Shown piece by piece: positions 13,126 through 22,289 of a DNA stretch of 64,000 nucleotides. The DNA lies in contig NC_086097.1 of the NCBI RefSeq assembly GCF_963921235.1, positions 6,262,001 to 6,326,000 on the forward strand. Reading direction: 5' to 3'. Origin of the DNA: Mobula hypostoma. Its lineage: Eukaryota. The translations under genes were made by a program, and so were the position numbers. The notes under the pieces were generated by a model, which worked only from the letters and a program-made list of their open reading frames with translations, had not been told where the DNA came from and searched no databases. How positions within the stretch are numbered: position 1 is the stretch's first letter; each line of letters starts with the position of its first letter.

Positions 13126-13478
13126 TGATCTAGCTGGACTTTAGTCTTAGCATCTACTTTTAAAAGTAGTGTTTTGTCTCCCACTTGAAATTCATGTAAT
13201 AACCTTAATGGACGCGGAGTAGATTCTGGTTCTTTGTACTCATGAAAGATGAATGCTTTCAACATCATCGAAACCCCTTGAACTCACATCCAGCTTAAAA
13301 CCAAGCCACATTTCTCAACTGTCTGATTAACATATCAGAAGCTTTCTCAGGTACGTGGCCTACAAACACTGTTGTAGTTGGACCACTGCTCTTGGCACTT
13401 TCATGATCACTCTGAGCAGCATCGTCCTTCCTTGGTCCAATGCGCTTTCCAGCCAGAGGCACAGATGTTGGTATCAAT
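13125..13478 (-). pseudogene. RBM25: RBM25 processed pseudogene, segment 1 (RRM domain)
   Basis: LIPTSVPLAGKRIGPRKD...GPTTTVFVGHVPEKASDMLIRQL, frameshift, KCGLVLSWM*VQG...HEYKEPESTPRPLRLLHEFQVGDKTLLLKVDAKTKVQLDQ*; matches the RBM25 RRM, no introns. Confidence 0.92.
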
Positions 13479-13519
13479 GTCAATTTGTCCTCCGTTGGGC
13501 AACAATTCATGGAGTTCGG

Positions 13520-13680
13520 CATGGAAATAGTTGTGACATCACTCAGTACATTGTTAAATTTGCTTTCAATTGTCTTCATTGCAGTAGATAGTTCACGTAA
13601 ATCGTGAATGGATCTCAATCAAGTTGTAGATATCCCAGCCAATCACACCCCGACAATGCTGGTCCTCTTGTTTTTACCAG
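13520..13680 (-). mobile_element. Gypsy (K02A2.6-like) protease end / pre-RT linker fused to RBM25
   Basis: VKTRGPALSGCDWLGYLQLD*..SIHDL..ESKFNNVLSDVT, i.e. the GPALLGRDWL protease flap motif; continues at 21531-21545 (LCVV) beyond the nested Gypsy. Confidence 0.7.
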
Positions 13681-13744
13681 TGTAGTCTAATGTAATTGGT
13701 GGAAGTGTACAGAATTCACAACCAGCAACATTGGGTTGGGGTTC

Positions 13745-13976
13745 TGATGCACCATCCATAACTCCAAAAGACTGGAAGTAGAATAAATACTGAAAGGCTT
13801 TTATTCGCAATAAAATGTGACCTCCACCATGCTGAGTGTCTGCCCCTGGACTGAGGGAGGAGCAGTGGCCAAATCGCCTTTATTCAGGGGTCTGTGGGTG
13901 GAGCCACAGGGCAGTCAGCAGAGGCGCGTGTCCAGACAGGTAACCCAGTTACAACATATAGATATGGTTTACCACA
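13745..13976 (-). mobile_element. Solo LTR
   Basis: Minus strand TGTGG...GCATCA with AATAAA; 5-bp TSD GGTTC (13740-13744, 13977-13981). Confidence 0.85.
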
Positions 13977-14879
13977 GGTTCACTTTCAGAGGCTGGTTTG
14001 ATGTGATTACGTTATTAAGTAAAGCTTTTTAGTGTGCTTTTGTGCTGATATCTTGGATTTCAATAAAGTGTGTTACAGGTTTCATTAAACATAAAATGCC
14101 TCGCTTTATTTTATTTGTGAAAACCTATATTGGTGATCCCGATACTTTAGGATAATTCCAGAGTTTTTGAACATGTCAGCCAACGCGGTTGCTTTGAAAC
14201 TGTTGGATCTTTGGGAGCAAAATGCCATCAATGGGTTTGTACAAGCTGAGGCCCAAGTTGCTTTGCCAGGAATCTCTACCGACAACACCAAATATTTCTA
14301 TGTAGTAGTGTCATTTGGCAACTCCATGGCTACAAGAGTGGTGAATCTACTAGAACACCCATCTGAACACGATAAATACTGATCACTGAAAACTCACTTT
14401 TACAGAATTTTGTCCTATCGGAGGCTGAGCATGCCAACAGTTACACTTCTTGCCTGGCCTTGGCGATGCTAATCCATTGGAGCTAGCGGACCACTTGCTG
14501 TCTCTTCTGGAAATCACCATCCTTATTTTATTTTTAAAGAACTCTACATGCAGTATATGCCTGATCAGGTGCTCATAGCCCTGACTAGTGTACCTGTGAA
14601 GGACTATAGGGATCTTGCTAAAATAGCTGATAGTCAACACTCAGCTGGTCATTGGTACATTATTCCTCCTTTCTCTACCCCAATAAGCCCAGTCAGCAAG
14701 ACCCCAACATAAAGATACTTATTGCTGTGAAGCAGACGATGCCGTGCCTGTGTTTTTACCACACTTGTTTTGGCATGACACTAAGAAGTGCCGACCACCT
14801 TGCAGTTTCAACAGTACCAGCACATCAGGACATCAGATGTCTGTAAAGACAGTAGGTTCCAGCTGCCAGGGTCATATAT

Positions 14880-15359
14880 CTCTGGCTATCCATCTCATAG
14901 GATGATGATGGTTCCTTCAGTCAGTTAGTGGGGTGGTAGGGGTACCCCACTCCTCAGAAAGGAACAGCGTGTGCATGAGTGGATTTTAGGCGACTAGGGT
15001 GTTGCACAGGTCCAGACCCACCCTCTCGACGTCCCCTCCCGGATCCAGCGGCATGGTGGGGTCCAAGATGGCTGGGGGAAGTTCTGGTGCAGTGAATGGC
15101 CAGACCAAACTTCGATGCAAGGGATGCCCTTTCCGCACTTCACGGCACGTGTTTGCTAGATGGCCATTGACCCTACGATAGGGTTCATCCGCCCTTTGAC
15201 AGGTCTTGTTTTTCATCCTGCAGGGTGTCTAGCCACCCTCCTCACCAGGCAAGCCTGGTGGGGGAGCTGGTTTAGTCACCGACCACCAGACCATGCGACA
15301 GGTAGTACTGGGTTCCATGGTACCAGTAGCACTCAGACCAGTGACCTGACCAGAAAGGT
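14880..15359 (-). mobile_element. Non-autonomous non-LTR (RTE/Vingi-like) SINE-type insert
   Basis: 10-bp TSD GGTCATATAT (14870-14879, 15360-15369); GC-rich, non-coding; family call tentative. Confidence 0.6.
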
Positions 15360-15769
15360 GGTCATATATAGTTCATTATGGACAGCCTTTCAGAGCCATG
15401 CCTCTTGTGTGACACTGGTGTTCCAGTAAGCGTGCTGCCAGCATTTCTTATTGATGAGAAGGCAAAGTGTGATAAAACCTTACTGGAGGCTGGCCACCAC
15501 AGCAAGTTCCAGACCTAAGGAACAGGACCCTCTGCTTCAGTGGGTGACGTTACACATTAGACTTTGTCCTGGCTGAAGTGGCTACTCTTCTGCTCGGTGT
15601 AGATTTCCTGTGTGCCTAAGGGCTGTCAGTCGATCTTAAGAACTGCCAGCTTGCGGATCTCAAGGACTTTGGGTCATTGCAGAAAAATAGGTCTCTTTCA
15701 GAAGAATGAGAGGGGATCTTATAGAAACACACAAAATTTTGAAAGGGATAGATAAGATAGAAGTAAGAA

Positions 15770-17848
15770 TGCGATGCGAAACTTTTCTTCCGCCGTCTCC
15801 GTCTCCGAGCCTACTTCTTCGGCAAGGACTCTTCCACCCCCACCGATGACCCCTTCTCTCGTCTTCAACCCTCCTCTTCTTCATGGACACCCCGCTCTGG
15901 TCTTCTGCCTGCTCTGGATCTCTTTATTGCCAACTGCCGACGGGACATCAACCGTCTCGACTTCACCGCACCTTGTCCCCATTCCAACCTCACTCCTTCG
16001 GAACGCTCTGCTCTCCACTCCCTCCGCACTAACCCTAACATTATTATTAAACCCGCTGATAAAGGGGGTGCTGTGGTAGTCTGGCATACTGACCTCTACC
16101 TTGCCGAGGCACAGCGACAACTCGCGGATACCTCCTCTTATTTACCCCTCGATCGTGACCCCACTAAGGAGCACCAGGCCATTGTCTCCCACACTATCAA
16201 CGACTTTATCCGCTCAGGGGATCTCCCATCCACTGCTACCAACCTTATAGTTCCCACACCCCGCACTTCCCGTTTCTACCTCCTACCCAAGATCCACAAA
16301 CCTGCCTGTCCTGGCCGACCTATTGTCTCAGCTTGCTCCTGCCCCACCGAACTCGTTTCTGCATACCTCGACACTGTTTTATCACCCCTTGTTCAATCCC
16401 TTCCGACCTATGTTCGTGACACTTCTCACGCTCTTAAACTTTTCGATGATTTTAAGTTCCCTGGCCCCCACCACTTTATTTTCACCATGGATGTCCAGTC
16501 CTTATATACTTCCATCCCCCATCAGGAAGGTCTCAAAGCTCTACGCTTCTTTTTGGATTCCAGACCTAATCAGTTCCCCTCTACCACCACTCTGCTCCGT
16601 CTAGCGGAATTAGTCCTTACTCTTAATAATTTCTCCTTTTGCTCCTCCCATTTCCTCCAAACTAAAGGTGTAGCTATGGGCACCCGTATGGGTCCTAGCT
16701 ATGCCTGCCTTTTTGTTGGGTTTGTGGAACAATCTATGTTCCGTGCCTATTCTGGTATCTGTCCCCCACTTTTCCTTCGCTACATCGACGACTGCATTGG
16801 CGCTGCTTCCTGCACGCATGCAGAACTCGTTGACTTTATTAACTTTGCCTCCAACTTTCACCCTGCCCTCAAGTTTACCTGGTCCATTTCCGACACCTCC
16901 CTCCCCTTTCTAGATCTTTCTGTCTCTGTCTCTGGAGACAGCTTATCCACTGATGTCTACTATAAGCCTACTGACTCTCACAGCTATCTGGACTATTCCT
17001 CTTCTCACCCTGTCTCTTGCAAAAACGCCATCCCCTTCTCGCAATTCCTCCGTCTCCGCCGCATCTGCTCTCAGGATGAGGCTTTTCATTCTAGGACGAG
17101 GGAGATGTCTTCCTTTTTTAAAGAAAGGGGCTTCCCTTCCTCCACTATCAACTCTGCTCTTAAACGCATCTCCCCCATTTCACGTACATCTGCTCTCACT
17201 CCATCCTCCCACCACCCCACTAGGAATAAGGTTCCCCTGGTCCTCACCTACCACCCCACCAGCCTCCGGGTCCAACATATTATTCTCCGTAACTTCCGCC
17301 ACCTCCAACGGGATCCCACCACTAAGCACATCTTTCCCTCCCCCACTCTCTCTGCATTCCGCAGGGATCGCTCCCTACACAACTCCCTTGTCCATTCGTC
17401 CCCCCCATCCCTCCCCACTGATCTCCCTCCTGGCACTTATCCGTGTAAGCGGAACAAGTGCTACACATGCCCTTACACTTCCTCCCTTACCACCATTCAG
17501 AGCCCCAAACAGTCCTTCCAGGTGAGGCATCACTTCACCTGTGAGTCGACTGGGGTGATATACTGCGTCCGGTGCTCCCGATGTGGCCTTTTATATATTG
17601 GTGAGATCCGACGCAGACTGGGAGACCGCTTTGCTGAACATCTACGCTCTGTCCGCCAGAGAAAGCAGGATCTCCCAGTGGCCACACATTTTAATTCCAC
17701 ATCCCATTCCCATTCTGACATGTCTATCCACGGCCTCCTCTACTGTAAAGATAAAGCCACACTCAGGTTGGAGGAACAACACCTTATATTCTGTCTGGGT
17801 AGCCTCCAACCTGATGGCATGAACATTGACTTCTCTAACTTCCGCTAG
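15770..17848 (+). CDS. Penelope-type reverse transcriptase + GIY-YIG endonuclease (5'-truncated; frame open upstream of the ORF-track start at 16073)
   Basis: KPADKGG, LPKIHK...GRPIVS, MDVQSLYT, GVAMG, RYIDD, FLD, CKRNKCYTC zinc motif, VIY..C..C..LYIGE..RRL..RF.EH; no stops. Confidence 0.93.
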   Translation, partial: CDAKLFFRRLRLRAYFFGKDSSTPTDDPFSRLQPSSSSWTPRSGLLPALDLFIANCRRDINRLDFTAPCPHSNLTPSERSALHSLRTNPNIIIKPADKGGAVVVWHTDLYLAEAQRQLADTSSYLPLDRDPTKEHQAIVSHTINDFIRSGDLPSTATNLIVPTPRTSRFYLLPKIHKPACPGRPIVSACSCPTELVSAYLDTVLSPLVQSLPTYVRDTSHALKLFDDFKFPGPHHFIFTMDVQSLYTSIPHQEGLKALRFFLDSRPNQFPSTTTLLRLAELVLTLNNFSFCSSHFLQTKGVAMGTRMGPSYACLFVGFVEQSMFRAYSGICPPLFLRYIDDCIGAASCTHAELVDFINFASNFHPALKFTWSISDTSLPFLDLSVSVSGDSLSTDVYYKPTDSHSYLDYSSSHPVSCKNAIPFSQFLRLRRICSQDEAFHSRTREMSSFFKERGFPSSTINSALKRISPISRTSALTPSSHHPTRNKVPLVLTYHPTSLRVQHIILRNFRHLQRDPTTKHIFPSPTLSAFRRDRSLHNSLVHSSPPSLPTDLPPGTYPCKRNKCYTCPYTSSLTTIQSPKQSFQVRHHFTCESTGVIYCVRCSRCGLLYIGEIRRRLGDRFAEHLRSVRQRKQDLPVATHFNSTSHSHSDMSIHGLLYCKDKATLRLEEQHLIFCLGSLQPDGMNIDFSNFR

Positions 17849-18140
17849 GCCCCACCTCCCCCTTGTACCCCATCTGTTACTCATTTTTATGCACACATTC
17901 TTTCTCTCACTCTCCTTTTTCTCCCTCTGTCCCTCTGAATATACCTCTTGCCCATCCTCTGGGTCACCCCCCCCCCGTCTTTCTTCCCGGACCTCCTGTC
18001 CCATGATCCTCTCGTATCCCCTTTTGCCTATCACCTGTCCAGCTCTCGGCTCTATCCCTCCCCCTCCTGTCTTCTCCTATCATTTTGCATCTCCCCCTCC
18101 CCCTCCAACTTTCAAATCCCTTACTCACTCTTCCTTCAGT

Positions 18141-18178
18141 TAGCCCTGACGAAGGGTCTCGGCCTGAAACGTCGACTG
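18141..18178 (+). ncRNA. Minimal type I hammerhead ribozyme in the Penelope pLTR
   Basis: CTGACGA 18146-18152, stem II AGG/CCT, GAAA 18166-18169, palindromic ACGT stem III, GTC triplet 18171-18173; one stem I mismatch (AGCC/GACT). Confidence 0.8.
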
Positions 18179-21100
18179 CGCCTCTTCCTATAGATGCTGC
18201 TTGGCCTGCTGCGTTCACCAGCAACTTTGATGTGTGTTGATAGAAGTAAGAAAGTTGTTTCTTATGTGAGACTAGAACTAGGGGACATTGTCTCAAGATT
18301 CAGGGGAGAAGATTTAGGACAGAGATGAGGAGAAACTGTTTTTCCCAGAGAGTGGTGAATCTGTGGAATTCTCTTCCCAGGGAAGCAGTTGAGGCTCCTT
18401 CACCAAATTTATTTAAGATACAGTTGGATAAATTTTTACATAGTAAGGGAATTAAGGGTTATGGGGAAAAGGCAGATAGATGGAGCTGAGTTTACGGACA
18501 GATCAGCCATGATCTTATTAAATGGTGGGGCAGGTTCGATGGGTCAGATGGCCGACTCCTGCTCCTATTTCTTACATTTCTTATTATGTTTCTTATTACC
18601 CTACTCCCCAGTAAGTTCCCCACAATGAATCTGTCAAGCGCATGCACCACCGGATGTGAGTTTACTCGACTGCTGGGTATGTTCCTAAACCTCACCAAGC
18701 CTACATTCTCCATTGCAATCACAAAACATGGGGTAGAGCACCATATTTCTACAACTGTCTCACCAGTCCATGTCTGCATGCATTGACCGAACCCATTAAA
18801 ACTGACAACCATGAAAGCTAAATATGCCAAAATAGAAAGACGTGGTACTATACACTGGTCAATGGCTCCTGGGATTTGCCCCTTCATATGGTCCCTAAGT
18901 CCAATGGCGTTTGCTGCCCTTGTGGCTTAACGAGACCACCTACACCCAATCATTAGTCAGTCCCACATATCCAGCACTGTTCGGCACATTTATCCAGAAA
19001 GTTATTTTTCTCCAATGTCGATCTAATTAGGAGCTAGCTTCAGGTGCCTGTGTGCTTGGAGCACATTTCCAAAATGGTTGTGATAACCCTGTTTGGCCTC
19101 TTTCAGTTTTTGCACATGCCGTTTGGGCTGAAAAATGCAGCACAGACTTTCCAACGGCTAATGGACTCTGTAATAAAAGACTTCGAGTTTCTTTCTGTTT
19201 ACATGGATGACATACTTGTCGCCAGTGCATCCAAATCTGAACCCATATCACAGCTCCGTGCACATTTCGAGTGCTTAAGCCAACATGGGTTGATTATTAT
19301 CCCTGCTAAATGCCAGTTTGGGTTGTCAACCATTGACTTTCTCAGCCATTGCATCTCTGCAGATGGTGTGAAAACTCTCCCGTCAGAAGTAATCGCAATT
19401 ATGGATTTCCCACTGCCCCACAACTACTAGAATAAGACAGGAGTTTTTAGGCTTCATTCTGTGTGCTGCTGTGCTTTCACTTCTCCTGTATAGTGCACTT
19501 GAAGGCAATGCCCCTAATCACGTGCTTGACTGGTCAGCGGACATGACCAGAGCATTTGATGGCACTAAACAAGCTCTTTCCATCATAACCCTACTGGTAT
19601 ACCCACTCCCCAATGCATCTATAGCCATTTCAGACTACGCTGTGAGTGCTGTGCACAACCAGCTGGTCAGAGGCGGGTGGCAGCCATTCACCTTCTTCAG
19701 CAACAGCTCCAAAACCCCAAAAGAAAGTACAGCACATTTGACAGTGAGCTTCTTGTTCTCGATCTGGCTGTCCGCCATTTTCATTTTCTTCCAGAGAGTT
19801 GCAATTTCACAACGTTCATAGACCACAAGCCCCTCATTCACGCAATGGTCAAACTATCAGACCTTTGGTCAGCGAGGCAGCACCGCCAAATGGTCTACGT
19901 TTTAGAGTTCAAACTGGTATATAACACACTAAGGGAAAAATAATTCCGTGGCTGACTGCTGTCATGGCCAACATGGCCCATACACATAGGGGCTGACAAT
20001 GAGAGCATGGCAGCTGACCAAGTTATGGTTCCCAAGGTCCAGGCTTGTTGAACAGAAGTCACAGGTCTGCGGTTAGATGACATTAAGTTCAGGGAAGCTA
20101 GGGTTTCCCTCCTGTGCGATGTCTCAATCATTTGACCTCGCCCTCGCAAACTGGAGGCAGACTGTTTTAGACTCTGTATATGGTCTGTCGCATCCAGGCC
20201 AGAAGGTCTCACAGAAACTGGCTGCACAGAATTACGTGTGGGACGGCCTCAGAAAGGATGTGTGTGATTGGACTGTAGCCTGTGTGGAGAGCCAGTGGGC
20301 AAAAATTAATCCCCATCCGGGCGCCATTGGCACCTTTTGAGGTCCTGAGCAATAGTTTGACCATGTCACTGAGGAACTTGATGACCCTCTTCCCCTCACT
20401 GTGGTTTCTCGCACCTCCTTACCATGGTGGCCTGAACGACCAGCTGGCCGGAGGTCATCGACGACGACCGCAGACGTGGCTCAGGCGTACTTCTGCACCT
20501 GGGTTGTTTGGTTTGGAACCCATCTGATATTTCCTCAGACCATAGTCCCCAGTTCATATCGGACTTAATGGGCTGCTATGGCCTGGAACCTCAGCATTAG
20601 GCTACGTTACACCACGCATATCACTCACAGTCCAGTGGCCTGTGTGAGAAGTTTCACTGCTCCTTAAAGGCTGCTCTGAGAGCTTCCCTGATGGATGACT
20701 GTTGGCATGACTGCTTCCTGTGTGTCCTGCTGGGGCTCAGTACAGATCCAAATGAAGATCTACAGTCGTCTGCAGCTGAATTGGTACTGTATACGGGCAG
20801 CTATTCTGAGTACCAGGTGATTTTACTCTTGATGCTACGACTGCCTGGTTGGTCTCTCAACAGCATTTCGCCCTCTTCAGTAAACCTCATTTGCACCCTC
20901 CTTTGCACCTATTCCTGTCTCCCACCATGGCATACAGCACTGTTCGGTTTCTGCTGATCATTCAGCCTCATGACATTTGTTTTTGTCCACCATGAGGCAC
21001 ACCAACATTGCCTTACACTCCTTACGGTGTCTTGTTCCACATTTCAGAACTGAAAGAGAACACTTTTATGATAGATATGAGGGATAAACCTGAATGTGTT

Positions 21101-21549
21101 TCAGTAGATCGCCTTAAACCAGCCCACCAAGACTTGACGGATTCCACTACCATGCCCCTACCATCACGACACGAACATGAGTGCGTCAACACACCTCTGG
21201 ACGAGTCAGAGCACCTGCAGTCCCCCCACCCATGGAACATAGAACTCGAGCCAGGCAGCTCATCCAAGCTCCAGACAGGCTCGCTAATCTGGTTTTAGTG
21301 AATTCTGGGTGGGTCTGTGTAGGGTCATGTTAATGGTAGAAATGCACATAACTTACAACCACAAACTGAGTTTGGTTTCACTTTAAGAGACTGGTTTGAT
21401 GTGATGACGTAATTATGGAAAGGACTTCTACCGTGCTTTGTGTTCAGTTTTTTTGGTGTTCAATAAAAGAATTGCTAGAGATTTTTCTAATTATAAAAGG
21501 CCTCCGTCATTTTACTGGTGAAAATCTACACCACACACAAAGCAGTGTA

Positions 21550-22285
21550 GGAGTGGGAACTTGAGGCTTTGGCGAGGAGGCACAGGAAAGTAGCAAGCAA
21601 GGCCTTTGTAGTGGTTGAATAAAAAGTCACTAAATTACAGCCATTTAAGTGAAGGGATGATGCAGGATCAGGTGATGTGCTGTGCAAAGAGGTCCTGAAA
21701 AGAGAATTTAGAGAGCTGGGCAGAAAGAGGAGTAGGGCCTCCAGGGTAGTAATTTCTGGATTGCTGTCTGTGCCATGCGCCAGTCAGGGTAGAAACAGGA
21801 TGATTTGGAAGATAAATGCGTGGATGAGAAGCTGGTGCAGGGGTCAGGGCTTCAGGTTCTTGGATTATTGGGATCTCTTCTGTAGAAGGTATGACCTGTA
21901 CAAAGGTGATGGGTTGCTGCTGAACCCAAGCAGGACCAATATTCTTAGGGGAAGGTTTGTTAGAGCTGTTGGGGAGAGCTTAAACTAATTTGGCAGGGGG
22001 GTGGGAACTGGAGTGAAGGGTCACAGGATAGGACGGATGGTAAAAAAAAACGAAGATAACATGCAGTTGGACTGTCAGGAAGAGCAGGCAGATGATAGGA
22101 CAAAATTACAGCCAGCAAGGTGAGTGCATTAGGATGCAGAATCAAAAAGTGTGGCAAAGTACTCCAACTGTTATACCTCACTGCGCAGAGTATAAGAGGA
22201 ATGATCTTGTTGCACTATTACAGGTTGTTCAGTATGATATTGTAATCATCACTGAATCATGGCTGAACGATGGTGGTAGTTGGGA
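21550..22285 (+). mobile_element. CR1 ORF1/endonuclease fragment (mostly an inverted duplicate of 23518-24108)
   Basis: KEVLKREFRELGRKRSRASRVVISGLL...; near-identical to the reverse complement of the adjacent copy. Confidence 0.8.
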
Positions 22286-22289
22286 GAAG

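Larger units (their letters stand above)
15770..18238 (+). mobile_element. Young 5'-truncated Penelope-like element (Neptune-type)
   Basis: 14-bp TSD GATAGAAGTAAGAA (15756-15769, 18239-18252); single open ORF; pyrimidine-rich 3' UTR; pLTR with hammerhead. Confidence 0.95.
15697..18590 (+). mobile_element. CR1 3' fragment split by a Penelope element
   Basis: RRMRGDLIETHKILKGIDK before 15770 continues as ..TRTRGHCLKI after 18252; ends in a CR1 tail. Confidence 0.8.
13681..21530 (+). mobile_element. Full-length decayed Gypsy LTR retrotransposon
   Basis: 5' LTR 13681-14129 (split by a solo LTR), PBS TGGTGATCCCGA at about 14131, gag (AVALKL..W...FVQAEAQ...TKYFYVV), RT (MPFGLKNAAQTFQRLMD, YMDD), RNaseH and integrase remnants, PPT at about 21305, 3' LTR 21318-21530; flanks CCAG/CCAC. 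Confidence 0.9.

Noticed and set aside
9665..13478. Functional RBM25 gene with two exons
   Set aside because: Stops, a frameshift and no splice sites; the gap is exactly a CR1 insertion.
15225..15290. HDV-like ribozyme in the SINE insert
   Set aside because: Only one strong hairpin (CACCAGGC/GCCTGGTG); nested double pseudoknot could not be assigned.
16953..18296. Alternative-frame and antisense ORFs in the Penelope element
   Set aside because: Low-complexity shadows of the C/T-rich RT-EN coding strand.
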